From assembly GCF_009914755.1 (NCBI RefSeq), contig NC_060948.1: a stretch of 64,000 bases of DNA; one strand, 5' to 3'. This document shows positions 12,601 to 27,600 of this stretch, piece by piece. Source of the DNA: the human T2T-CHM13v2.0 reference genome, Homo sapiens. The position numbers and the translations under genes were made by a program. Position 1 is the stretch's first letter, and every line of letters begins with the position of its first letter. The notes beneath the pieces are model-generated. The model searched no databases. It worked only from the letters and a program-made list of their open reading frames with translations, and had not been told where the DNA came from.

Positions 12601-15600
12601 GATTGGAATGGACTCGAATGGAATGGACTGCAATAGAAAGGATTCGAATGGAATGAAAAAGAATTGAATGGAATAGAACAGAATGGAATCAAACCTCATG
12701 AAATAGAATGGAATAGAAAGGAATGGAATGAAATCGAATGGAAAGGATTCGAATGGAATGCAATCGAATGGAATGCAATCGAATGGAATGGAATCGAACG
12801 GAATGGAATAAAATGGAAGAAAACTGGCAAGAAATGGAATCGAAATGAATGGAGTGTTAAGGAACGGACTCAAAAGGAATTGAATGTAATAGAATGGAGT
12901 GGAGTGGACTCGAATATAATGGACTGGAATGGAATGAAATCACATGGAATGGGAACGAATGGAATGGAATGGAAAGGAATGGAATCGAATGGAAAGGAAA
13001 CGAATGGAAGGGAATGAAATTGAATCAACAGGAATGGAAGGGAATAGAATAGACGGTAATGGAATGGACTCGAATAGAATGGACACGAATGCTGAAATTG
13101 AATGGACTCGAATGGAATGGAAATGAAAGGAATGTCATCGAATGCAATTCAATCGATTGGAATGAAATCGCATAGGATGGAGTGGAATCAAATGGAATTG
13201 AATCGAAAGGAAAAGAAGCGAATTGACTGAAATGAAATGGAATGGAATTGAATGGAAAGTAATGCAACGGAATAGAATGGATTGAAATTTCACGGAATGG
13301 AATCAAACTGAATGGAATCAAATCAATGGAATATAATCAAATGGAATGGAAAGGAATTGAATGGAGTAGATTGTATTGGATGGGATTGGAATGAAATGTA
13401 CTGGAAAGGACTCGAATTTCATGAAACGGAATGGAATGTATTAGAACGGAATGGACTCGAATGGAATTGAATGTCACGGAATGGCATCAAATGGAATGGC
13501 ATCAATTGGAATGGAATCGAATGCAATGGAATGCTATGGAATGGAATGGAATGCATTGGAATGGAATGTCCTCTAATGGAATGGATTCGAGTGGAATGGA
13601 ATCGAATATAATGGAGTCTAATGAAATGGAATTGAAAGGAATGGGATCCAATACAATGGAATATACTGGAATGTAATGTAATGAACTCGAATGTAATTGA
13701 CTGGAATGGAATGTACATGAGTGGAATGTAATCGAATGGAAAGTAATCCAATGGAATAGAATCTAATGCAATAAAATCGACTCAAATAGAGTAGAATGTA
13801 ATGGAATGGAGTGCAGTGCAATGGAATGGAATGGAATGGGATGGAATGGTATGGAATGGATAGTAATGGACTGGAGTGAAATGGACTGGAAAATAATGGA
13901 CTCAAATTGAAAGGGCTCGAAAGGAATGGAGTCAAATGGAATGGTCTGGAATGGAATGAACACGAATGTAATGCAATCCAATAGAATGGAATCGAATGGC
14001 ATGGAATATAAAGAAATGGAATCGAAGAGAATGGAAACAAATGGAATGGAATTGAATGGAATGGAATTGAATGGAATGGGAACGAATGGAGTGAAATTGT
14101 ATGCAGTAGAAGAGAATAGAAAGGAATGCAAGCGAAAGGAAAGGAATGGATTGGAATGGAATGGAATTCATTGGAATGGAAGGGAATGTAGTGTAATGGA
14201 CAGGCCTGTAATAAAGTGGAATGCTACGGTCTCGAATGGAATAAAAATGTATGGAATGGAATGCAATGAAACGGAATCGAATGTCATAGAAGTAATGGAA
14301 TGCAAAAAAATGGACTCCAAAATCATTGACTGGAAAGGCTGGGTGTCGAAAGGAATTTACTCCAATGGAATGGAATCGAATGGAATGGAAGTGAATAGAA
14401 TCGAACTAAATCGAATGGAATGGAATTGATAGGAACGGAATGGAAAGGAATGCAATGATTTCGCATGGAATGGAATCGAATGGCATCGAATGGAATGGAA
14501 TGGAATGCAATGGAATGGAATGTATTAAAATGTAATGAACTTTAATGGAATGTACTCGAATGGATTCGACTGGAATGGAATGTTCTCGAAGTGAATGGAC
14601 TCCAATGGAATGGATTCGAAAGGAATGGAATCTAATGGAATGGAATTAAATGGAAATGAATCAAATTGAATAGAACGGAATTGAATTGAATGGAATCGAA
14701 TGCAATGGAATCTAATGAAACGGAAAGGAAAGGAATGGAATGGAATGGAATGGAATGGGCTGGAATGGAATGGAATCGAAACGAATGGAATGGAATCGAA
14801 CTGAAGAGACTGGAATGGAATACACTGGAATGGAAGGGAATGTAATGGAAGGTTCTCGAAAAAATGTAATTGAAAGGAATGGAATTGAGTGGAACGGAAT
14901 AGAGTCGAATGGAATTCAATGGAATGGAATGGACTAGAGTGAAATGGAATCGAACCACAAGGAATGGACAGGAATAGAATGGTCTCGAATTGAATGGAAT
15001 CGTATGGAATGGCATCAAACGGAATGGAATGGACAGCCACGGAATGGAATGCACTCGAATGCAATGGAGTCGAAACTAATGGACTGGAATAGAATGGACT
15101 CGACTGGTACGGACTCCAATGGAATGGAATCGAATGGAAGGGAATCGAACGGAATGGACTCGAAGGGAAAAGACTGCAATGGAAAGGTCTCGAATGGAAT
15201 GGAAATTAATGGAATGGAATGGAATCGAATGAAATGGAGTCAAAAGGAATGGAATCGAATGGCAAGAAATCGGATGTAATGGAATCGCAAGGAATTGATG
15301 TGAACGGAACGGAATGGAATGGAATCCAAAGGAATGGAATAGAATGGAATGGAATCGAATGGAAAGGACTCGAATGGAAATCACTCGAATAGAATGCAAT
15401 TTAATAAAATAGGATCAAATGTAATGGAATGGAATGGAAAGGAATCGAAACGAAAGGAATGGAGACAGATGGAATGGAATGGAACAGAGAGCAATGGTAT
15501 AGAATGGAATGGAATCATCTGGAATGGAATTGAATGGAATGGAATAACATGAAATGGACTGGAATGGAATGGAATGCCCTTGAATTAAATGGACTGGAAT

Positions 15601-18600
15601 GGAATGGACTCGAACAGAGTGGAATGGAAAGTGTTGAAATAGAATGGAATGGACTCGTTTGGAATGGTCTAGTATGCAATGCAATCGACTGGCAGGGAAT
15701 CAAAAGGAATGTAATCGAATGGATTGGACTGGAATGCAATGGACTCGAATAGATTGGAAACGGAATGCAAAGGAATGGAATGGAATAGTATGGAATGGAA
15801 TGGAAAGGAATGGAGTGGAATAGACTAGAGTGGAATGGAATGGACTCGAAAGCAATGGACTGGAATGGAACTTTCTTGAATGGACTGGAATCAAACGGAA
15901 TGGAATGTAATGCAATCAAATGGCATGGAATAAAATAGAATGAAAGAGAATCAAATGGAATTGAATCGAATGGAATCGAATGGATTGGCAAGGAATAGAA
16001 TGGAATGGAATGGAATTGACTCAAATGGAATGGACTAGAATGGAATGGATTCGAATGGAAGGCAAAGGAATGGAATCTATTGGAATGGACTGTAATGGAA
16101 TGGAATGGAAGGGATTGGAATGGACTCGAATGGAATGGACTGCAATAGAAAGGATTCGAATGGAATGAAAAAGAATTGAATGGAATAGAACAGAATGGAA
16201 TCAAATCGAATGAAATGGAATGGAATAGAAAGGAATGGAATGAAATGGAATGGAAAGGATTCGAATGGAATGCAATCGAATGGACTGGAATCGAACGGAA
16301 TGGAATAAAATGGAAGAAAACTGGCAAGAAATGGAATCGAAATGAATGGAGTGTTATGGAACGGACTCAAAAGGAATTGAATGTAATAGAATGGAGTGGA
16401 GTGGACTCCAATATAATAGACTGGAATGGAATGAAATCACATGGAATGGGAACGAATGGAATGGAATGGAAAGGAATGGAATCGAATGGAAAGGAATCGA
16501 ATGGAAGGGAATGAAATTGAATCAACAGGAATGGAAAGGAGTAGAATAGACGGTAATGGAATGGGCTCGAATAGAATGGACACGAATGCTCAAATTAAAT
16601 GGACTCGAATGGAATGGAAACGAAAGGAATGTCATCGAATGGAATTGAATCGATTGGAATGAAATCACATAGAATGGAGTGGAATCAAATGGAATTGAAT
16701 CGAAAGGAAAGGAAGCGAATGGACTGAAATGAAATGGAATGGAATTGAATGGAAATTAATGCAATGGAATAGAATGGAAAGAAATTTCACGGAATGGAAT
16801 CAAACTGAATGGAATCAAATCAATGGAATATAATCAAATGGAATGGAAAGGAATTGAATGGAGTAGATTGGATTGGATGGGATTGGAATGAAATGTACTG
16901 GAAAGGACTCGAATTTCATGAAACGGAATGGAATGAATTAGAACGGAATGGACTCGAATGGAATGGAATATCACGGAATGGCATCAAATGGAATGGCATC
17001 AATTGGAATGGAATCGAATGCAATGTAATGCTATGGAATGGAATGGAATGCATTGGAATGGAATGTCCTCTAATGGAATGGATTCGAGTGGAATGGAATC
17101 GAATATAATGGAGTCTAATGAAATGGAATTGAAAGGAATGGGATCCAATACAATGGAATATACTGGAATGTAATGTAATGAACTCGAATGTAATTGACTG
17201 GAATGGAATGTACATGAATGGAATGTAATCGAATGGAAAGTAATCCAATGGAATAGAATCTAATGCAATAAAATCGACTCAAGTAGAGTAGAATATAATG
17301 GAATGGAGTGCAGTGCAATGGAATGGAATGGAATGGAATGCAATGGAATGGAATGGAATGGAATGGAATGGAATGGGATGGAATGGTATGGAATGGATAG
17401 TAATGGACTGGAGTGAAATGGACTGGAAAGGAATGGACTCAAATTGAAAGGGCTCGAAAGGAATGGAGTCAAATGGAATGGTCTGGAATGGAATGAACAC
17501 GAATGTAATGCAATCCAATAGAATGGAATCGAATGGCATGGAATGTAAAGAAATGGAATCGAAGAGAATGGAAACAAATGGAATGGAATTGAATGGAATG
17601 GAATTGAATGGAATGGGAACGAATGGAGTGAAATTGTATGCAGTAGAAGAGAATAGAATGGAATGCAAGCGAAAGGAAAGGAATGGATTGGAATGGAATG
17701 GAATTCATTGGAATGGAAGGGAATGTAGTGTAATGGACAGGCCTGGAATAAAGTGGAATGCTACGGTCTCGAATGGAATAAAAATGTATGGAATGGAATG
17801 CAATGAAACGGAATCGAATGTCATAGAATGTAATGGAATGCAAAAAAATGGAATCCAAAATCATTGACTGGAAAGGCTGGGTGTCGAAAGGAATTGACTC
17901 CAATGGAATGGAATCGAATGGCATGGAAGTGAATAGAATGTAACTAAATCGAATGGAATGGAATTGATAGGAACGGAATGGAAAGGAATGCAATGATTTG
18001 GCATGGAATGGAATCGAATGGCATCGAATGGAATGGAATGGAATGCAATGGAATGGAATGTATTAGAATGTAATGAACTTTAATGGAATGTACTCGAATG
18101 GATTCGACTGGAATGGAATGTTCTCGAAGTGAATGGACTCCAATGGAATGGATTCGAAAGGAATGGAATCTAATGGAATGGAATTAAATGGAAATGAATC
18201 AAATGGAATAGAACGGAATTGAATTGAATGGAATCGAATGCAATGGAATCTAATGAAAAGGAAAGGAAAGGAATGGAATGGATTGGAATGGAATGGGCTG
18301 GAATGGAATGGAATCGAAACGAATGGAATGGAATCGAACTGAAGAGACTGGAATGGAATGCACTGGAATGGAAGGGAATGTAATGGAAGGTTCTCAAGAA
18401 AAATGGAATCGAAAGGAATGGAATTGAATGGAACGGAATAGAGTCGAATGGAATTCAATGGAATGGAATGGACTAGAGTGAAATGGAATCGAACCACAAG
18501 GAATGGACAGGAATAGAATGGTCTCGAATTGAATGGAATCGTATGGAATGGCATCAAACGGAATGGAATGGACAGCCACGGAATGGAATGCACTCGAATG

Positions 18601-21600
18601 CAATGGAGTCGACACTAACGGAGTGGAATAGAATGGACTCGACTGGTACGGACTCCAATGGAATGGAATCGAATGGAAGGGTATCGAACGGAATGGACTC
18701 GAAGGGAAAAGACTGCAATGGAAAGGTCTCGAATGGAATGGAAATTAATGGAATGGAATGGAATCGAATGAAATGGAGTCAAAAGGAATGGAATCGAATG
18801 GCAAGAAATCGAATGTAATGGAATCGCAAGGAATTGAAGTGAACGGAACGGAATGCAATGGAATCCAAAGGAATGGAATAGAATGGAATGGAATCGAATG
18901 GAAAGGACTCGAATGGAAATCACTCGAATAGAATGCAATTTAATAAAATAGGATCAAATGTAATGGAATGGAATGGAAAGGAATCGAAACGAAAGGAATG
19001 GAGACAGATGGAATGGAATGGAACAGAGAGCAATGGTATAGAATGGAATGGAATCATCTGGAATGGAATTGAATGGAATGGAATAATATGAAATGGAATG
19101 GAATGGAATGGAATGCCCTTGAATTAAATGGACTGGAATGGAATGGACTCGAACAGAGTGGAATGGAAAGTGTTGAAATAGAATGGAATGGACTCGTTTG
19201 GAATGGTCTAGTATGCAATGCAATCGACTGGCAGGGAATCAAAAGGAATGTAATCGAATGGATTGGACTGGAATGCAATGGACTCGAATAGATTGGAAAC
19301 GGAAAGCAAAGGAATGGAATGGAATAGTATGGAATGGAATGGAAAGGAATGGAGTGGAATAGACTAGAGTGGAATGGAATGGACTGGAAAGCAATGGACT
19401 GGAATGGAACTTTCTTGAATGGACTGGAATCAAACGGAATGGAATGCAATGCAATCAAATGGCATGGAATAAAATAGAATGAAAGAGAATCAAATGGAAT
19501 TGAATCGAATGGAATCGAATGGATTGGAAAGGAATAGAATGGAATGGAACGGAATTGACTCAAATGGAATGGACTAGAATGGAATGGATTCGAATGGAAG
19601 GCAAATGAATGGAATCTATTGGAATGGACTGTAATGGAATGGAATGGAAGGGATTGGAATGGACTCGAATAGAATGGACTGCAATAGAAAGGATTCGAAT
19701 GGAATGAAAAAGAATTGAATGAAATAGAAGAGAATGGAAACAAATCGAATGAAATGGAATGGAAGAGAAAGGAATGGAATGAAATGGAATGGAAAGGATT
19801 CGAATGGAATGCAATCGAATGGAATGGAATCGAACGGAATGGAATAAAATGGAAGAAAACTGGCAAGAAATGGAATCGAAATGAATGGAGTGTTATGGAA
19901 CGGACTCAAAAGGAATTGAATGTAATAGAATGGAGTGGAGTGGACTCGAATATAATGGACTGGAATGGAATGAAATCACATGGAATGGGAACGAATGGAA
20001 TGGAATGGAAAGGAATGGAATCGAATGGAAAGGAATCGAATGGAAGGGAATGAAATTGAATCAACAGGAATGGAAGGGAGTAGAATAGACGGTAATGGAA
20101 TGGACTCGAATAGAATGGACACGAATGCTCAAATTGAATGGACTCGAATGGAATGGAAACGAAAGGAATGTCATCGAATGGAATTGAATCGATTGGAATG
20201 AAATCGCATAGAATGGAGTGGAATCAAATGGAATTGAATCGAAAGGAAAGGAAGCGAATGGACTGAAATGAAATGGAATGGAATTGAATGGAAAGTAATG
20301 CAATGGAATAGAATGGAACGAAATTTCACGGAATGGAATCAAACTGAATGGAATCAAATCAATGGAATATAATCAAATGGAATGGAAAGGAATTGAACGG
20401 AGTAGATTGGATTGGATGGGATTGGAATGAAATGTACTGGAAAGGACTCGAAATTCATGAAACGGAATGGAATGAACTGGAACGGAATGGAATCGAATGG
20501 AATGGAATGTCATGTAATGGCATCAAATGGAATGGAATCGAATGCGATGGAATGCTATGGAATGGAATGGAATGCATAGGAATGGAATGTCCTCTAATGG
20601 AATGTATTCGAGTGGAATGGAATCGAATATAATGCAGTCTAATGAAATGGAATTGAAAGGAATGGGACCGAATACAATGGAATAAACTGGAATGTAATGT
20701 AATGAACTCGAATGTAATTGACTGGAATGGAATGTACATGAATGGAATGTAATCGCATGGAAAGCAATCCAATGGAATAGAATCTAATGCAATAAAATCG
20801 ACTCAAATAGAGTAGAATGTAATGGAATGGAGTGCAGTGCAATGGAATGGAATGGAATGCAACGGAATGGAATGGAATGGAATGGAATGGGATGGAATGG
20901 TATGGAATGGATAGTAATGGACTGGAGTGAAATGGACTGGAAAAGAATGGACTCAAATTGAAAGGGCTCGAAAGGAATGGAGTCAAATGGAATGGTCTGG
21001 AATGGAATGAACACGAATGTAATGCAATCCAATAGAATGGAATCGAATGGCATAGAATATAAAGAAATGGAATCGAAGAGAATGGAAACAAATGGAATGG
21101 AATTGAATGGAATGGAATTGAATGGAATGGGAACGAATGGAGTGAAATTGTATGCAGTAGAAGAGAATAGAATGGAATGCAAGCGAAAGGAAAGGAATGG
21201 ATTGGAATGGAATGGAATTCATTGGAATGGAAGGGAATGTAGTGTAATGGACAGGCCTGGAATAAAGTGGAATGCTACGGTCTCGAATGGAATAAAAATG
21301 TATGGAATGGAATGCAATGAAACGGAATCGAATGTCATAGAATGTAATGGAATGCAAAAAAATGGAATCCAAAATCATTGACTGGAAAGGCTGGGTGTCG
21401 AAAGGAATTGACTCCAATGGAATGGAATCGAATGGAATGGAAGTGAATAGAATCGAACTAAATCGAATGGAATGGAATTGATAGGAACGGAATGGAAAGG
21501 AATGCAATGATTTGGCATGGAATGGAATCGAAAGGCATCGAATGGAATAGAATGGAATGCAATGGAATGGAATGTATTAGAATGTAATGAACATTAATGG

Positions 21601-24600
21601 AAAGTACTCGAATGGATTCGACTGGAATGGAATGTTCTGGAAGTGAATGGACTCCAATGGAATGGATTCGAAAGGAATGGAATCGAACGGAATGGAATTA
21701 AACGGAAATGAATCAAATAGAATAGAACGGAATTGAATTGAATGGAATCGAATGCAATGGAATCTAATGAAACGGAAAGGAATGGAATGGAATGGGCTGG
21801 AATGGAATGGAATCGAAACGAATGGAATGGAATCGAACTGAAGAGACTGGAATGGAATGCACTGGAATGGAAGGGAATGTAATGGAAGGTTCTCGAAAAA
21901 AATGGAATCGAAAGGAATGGAATTGAATGGAACGGAATAGAGTCGAATGGAATTCAATGGAATGGAATGGACTAGAGTGAAATGGAATCGAACCACAAGG
22001 AATGGACAGGAATAGAATGGTCTCGAATTGAATGGAATCGTATGGAATGGCATCAAACGGAATGGAATGGACGGCCACGGAATGGAATGCACTCGAATGC
22101 AATGGAGTCGAAACTAATGGACTGGAATAGAATGGACTCGACTGGTACGGACTCCAATGGAATGGAATCGAATGGAAGGGAATCGAACGGAATGGACTCG
22201 AAGGGAAAAGACTGCAATGGAAAGGTCTCGAATGGAATGGAAATTAATGGAATGGAATGGAATCGAATGAAATGGAGTCAAAAGGAATGGAATCGAATGG
22301 CAAGAAATCGAATGTAATGGAATCGCAAGGAATTGATGTGAACGGAACGGAATGGAATGGAATCCAAAGGAATGGAATAGAATGGAATGGAATCGAATGG
22401 AAAGGACTCGAATGGAAATCACTCGAATAGAATGCAATTAAATAAAATAGGATCAAATGTAATGGAATGGAATGGAAAGGAATCGAAACGAAAGGAATGG
22501 AGACAGATGGAATGGAATGGAACAGAGAGCAATGGTATAGAATGGAATGGAATCATCTGGAATGGAATTGAATGGAATGGAATAATATGAAATGGAATGG
22601 AATGGAATGGAATACCCTTGAATTAAATGGACTGGAATGGAATGGACTCGAACAGAGTGGAATGGAAAGTGTTGAAATAGAATGGAATGGACTCGTTTGG
22701 AATGGTCTAGTATGCAATGCAATCGACTGGCAGGGAATCAAAAGGAATGTAATCGAATGGATTGGACTGGAATGCAATGGACTCGAATAGATTGGAAACG
22801 GAAAGCAAAGGAATGGAATGGAATAGTATGGAATGGAATGCAAAGGAATGGAGTGGAATAGACTAGAGTGGAATGGAATGGACTCGAAAGCAATGGACTG
22901 GAATGGAACTTTCTTGAATGGACTGGAATCAAACGGAATGGAATGCAATGCAATCAAATGGCATGGAATAAAATAGAATGAAAGAGAATCAAATGGAATT
23001 GAATCGAATGGAATCGAATGGATTGGAAAGGAATAGAATGGAATGGAATGGAATTGACTCAAATGGAATGGACTAGAATGGAATGGATTCGAATGGAAGG
23101 CAAAGGAATGGAATCTATTGGAATGGACTGTAATGGAATGGAATGGAAGGGATTGTAATGGACTCGAATGGAATGGACTGCAGTAGAAAGGATTCGAATG
23201 GAATGAAAAAGAATTGAATGGAATAGAACAGAATGGAATCAAATCGAATGAAATGGAATGGAATAGAAAGGAATGGAATGAAATGGAATGGAAAGGATTC
23301 GAATGGAATGCAATCGAATGGAATGAAATCGAATGGAATGGAATCGAACGGAATGGAATAAAATGGAAGAAAACTGGCAAGAAATGGAATCGAAATGAAT
23401 GGAGTGTTACGGAACGGACTCAAAAGGAATTGAATGTAATAGAATGGAGTGGAGTGGACTCGAATATAATGGACTAGAATGGAATGAAATCACATGGAAT
23501 GGGAACGAATGGAATGGAATGGAAAGGAATGGAATCGAATGGAAAGGAATCGAATGGAAGGGAATGAAATTGAATCAACAGGAATGGAAGGGAGTAGAAT
23601 AGACGGTAATGGAATGGACTCGAATAGAATGGACACGAATGCTCAAATTGAATGGACTCGAATGGAATGGCAACGAAAGGAATGTCATCGAATGGAATTG
23701 AATCGTTGGAATGAAATCACATAGAATGGAGTGGAATCAAATGGAATTGAATCGAAAGGAAAGGAAGCGAATGGACTGAAATGAAATGGAATGGAATTGA
23801 ATGGAAATTAATGCAATGGAATAGAATGGAACGAAATTTCACGGAATGGAATCAAACTGAATGGAATCAAATCAATGGAATATAATCAAATGGAATGGAA
23901 AGGAATTGAATGGAGTAGATTGGATTGGATGGGATTGGAATGAAATGTACTGGAAAGGACTCGAATTTCATGAAACGGAATGGAATGAATTAGAACGGAA
24001 TGGACTCGAATGGAATGGAATGTCATGGAATGGCATCAAATGGAATGGAATCGAATGCAATGGAATGCTTTGGAATGGAATGGAATGCATTGGAATGGAA
24101 TGTCCTCTAATGGAATGTATTCGAGTGGAATGGAATCGAATATAATGGAGTCTAATGAAATGGAATTGAAAGGAATGGGACCGAATACAATGGAATATAC
24201 TGGAATGTAATGTAATGAACTCGAATGTAATTGACTGGAATGGAATGTACATGAATGGAATGTAATCGAATGGAAAGCAATCCAATGGAATAGAATCTAA
24301 TGCAATAAAATCGACTCAAATAGAGTAGAATGTAATGGAATGGAGTGCAGTGCAATGGAATGGAATGGAATGGAATGCAATGGAATGGAATGGAATGGAA
24401 TGGGATGGAATGGTATGGAATGGATAGTAATGGACTGGAGTGAAATGGACTGGAAAAGAATGGACTCAAATTGAAAGGGCTCGAAAGGAATGGAGTCAAA
24501 TGGAATGGTCTGGAATGGAATGAACACGAATGTAATGCAATCCAATAGAATGGAATCGAATGGCATGGAATATAAAGAAATGGAATCGAAGAGAATGGAA

Positions 24601-27600
24601 ACAAATGGAATGGAATTGAATGGAATGGAATTGAATGGAATGGGAACGAATGGAGTGAAATTGTATGCAGTAGAAGAGAATAGAATGGAATGCAAGCGAA
24701 AGGAAAGGAATGGATTGGAATGGAATGGAATTCATTGGAATGGAAGGGAATGTAGTGTAATGGACAGGCCTGGAATAAAGTGGAATGCTACGGTCTCGAA
24801 TGGAATAAAAATGTATGGAACGGAATGCAATGAAACGGAATCGAATGTCATAGAATGTAATGGAATGCAAAAAAATGGACTCCAAAATCATTGACTGGAA
24901 AGGCTGGGTGTCGAAAGGAATTGACTCCAATGGAATGGAATCGAATGGAATGGAAGTGAATAGAATCGAACTAAATCGAATGGAATGGAATTGATAGGAA
25001 CGGAATGGAAAGGAATGCAATGATTTGGCATGGAATGGAATCGAATGGCATCGAATGGAATGGAATGGAATGCAATGGAATGGAATGTATTAGAATGTAA
25101 TGAACTTTAATGGAATGTACTCGAATGGATTCGACTGGAATGGAATGTTCTCGAAGTGAATGGACTCCAATGGAATGGATTCGAAAGGAATGGAATCTAA
25201 TGGAATGGAATTAAATGGAAATGAATCAAATTGAATAGAACGGAATTGAATTGAATGGAATCGAATGCAATGGAATCTAATGAAACGGAAAGGAAAGGAA
25301 TGGAATGGATTGGAATGGAATGGGCTGGAATGGAATGGAATCGAAACGAATGGAATGGAATCGAACTGAAGAGACTGGAATGGAATGCACTGGAATGGAA
25401 GGGAATGTAATGGAAGGTTCTCGAAAAAAATGGAATCGAAAGGAATGGAATTGAATGGAACGGAATAGAGTCGAATGGAATTGAATGGAATGGAATGGAC
25501 TAGAGTGAAATGGAATCGAACCACAAGGAATGGACAGGAATAGAATGGTCTCGAATTGAATGGAATCGTATGGAATGGCATCAAACGGAATGGAATGGAC
25601 AGCCACGGAATGGAATGGACACCCACGGAATGGAATGCACTCGAATGCAATGGAGTCGACACTAATGGACTGGAATAGAATGGACTCGACTGGTACGGAC
25701 TCCAATGGAATGGAATCGAATGGAAGGGAATCGAAAGGAATGGACTCGAAGGGAAAAGACTGCAATGGAAAGGTCTCGAATGGAATGGAAATTAATGGAA
25801 TGGAATGGAATCGAATGAAATGGAGTCAAAAGGAATGGAATCGAATGGCAAGAAATCGAATGTAATGGAATCGCAAGGAATTGATGTGAACGGAACGGAA
25901 TGGAATGGAATCCAAAGGAATGGAATAGAATGGAATGGAATCGAATGGAAAGGACTCGAATGGAAATCACTCGAATAGAATGCAATTTAATAAAATAGGA
26001 TCAAATGTAATGGAATGGAATGGAAAGGAATCGAAACGAAAGGAATGGAGACAGATGGAATGGAATGGAACAGAGAGCAATGGTATAGAATGGAATGGAA
26101 TCATCTGGAATGGAATTGAATGGAATGGAATAATATGAAATGGAATGGAATGGAATGGAATGCCCTTGAATTAAATGGACTGGAATGCAATGGACTCGAA
26201 CAGAGTGGAATGGAAAGTGTTGAAATAGAATGGAATGGACTCGTTTGGAATGGTCTAGTATGCAATGCAATCGACTGGCAGGGAATCAAAAGGAATGTAA
26301 TCGAATGGATTGGACTGGAATGCAATGGACTCGAATAGATTGGAAGCGGAAAGCAAAGGAATGGAATGGAATAGTATGGAATGGAATGCAAAGGAATGGA
26401 GTGGAATAGACTAGAGTGGAATGGAATGGACTCGAAAGCAATGGACTGGAATGGAACTTTCTTGAATGGACTGGAATCAAACGGAATGGAATGCAATGCA
26501 ATCAAATGGCATGGAATAAAATAGAATGAAAGAGAATCAAATGGAATTGAATCGAATGGAATCGAATGGATTGGAAAGGAATAGAATGGAATGGAATGGA
26601 ATTGACTCAAATGGAATGGACTAGAATGGAATGGATTCGAATGGAAGGCAAAGGAATGGAATCTATTGGAATGGACTGTAATGGAATGGAATGGAAGGGA
26701 TTGGAATGGACTCGAATGGAATGCGCTGCAATAGAAAGGATTCGAATGGAATGAAAAAGAATTGAATGGAATAGAACAGAATGGAATCAAATCGAATGAA
26801 ATGGAATGGAATAGAAAGGAATGCAATGAAATGGAATGGAAAGGATTCCAATGGAATGCAATCGAATGGAATGAAATCGAATGGAATGGAATCGAACGGA
26901 ATGGAATAAAATGGAAGAAAACTGGCAAGAAATGGAGTCGAAATGAATGGAGTGTTATGGAACGGACTCAAAAGGAATTGAATGTAATAGAATGGAGTGG
27001 AGTGGACTCGAATATAATGGACTGGAGTGGAATGAAATCACATGGAATGGGAACGAATGGAATGGAATGGAAAGGAATGGAATCGAATGGAAAGGAATCG
27101 AATGGAAGGGAATGAAATTGAATCAACAGGAATGGAAGGGAGTAGAATCGACGGTAATGGAATGGACTCGAATAGAATGGACACGAATGCTCAAATTGAA
27201 TGGACTCGAATGGAATGGAAACGAAAGGAATGTCATCGAATGGAATTGAATCGATTGGAATGAAATCACATAGAATGGAGTGGAATCAAATGGAATTGAA
27301 TCGAAAGGAAAGGAAGCGAATGGACTGAAATGAAATGGAATGGAATTGAATGGAAATTAATGCAATGGAATAGAATGGAACGAAATTTCACGGAATGGAA
27401 TCAAACTGAATGGAATCAAATCAATGGAATATAATCAAATGGAATGGAAAGGAATTGAATGGAGTAGATTGGATTGGATGGGATTGGAATGAAATGTACT
27501 GGAAAGGACTCGAATTTCATGAAACGGAATGGAATGAATTAGAACGGAATGGACTCGAATGGAATGGAATGTCATGGAATGGCATCAAATGGAATGGAAT

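Larger units (their letters stand above)
132..22150 (+). repeat. Local trimeric higher-order repeat (A-B-C)x2 plus partial A, period 10556/10565 bp
   Basis: A-type markers (ACATTAATGGAAAGTAC; CGGCCAC at 952, 11508, 22073) occur in U1, U4 and U7. B-type markers (1-bp deletion TAGAAGTAAT, GATTTCGC, TATTAAAATG) occur in U2 and U5. C-type markers (TTCTCAAGAAAA, CACTAACGGAGT, AGGGTATCG) occur in U3 and U6. The ORF sets at 456/643/861 recur at 11012/11199/11417. Confidence 0.9.
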
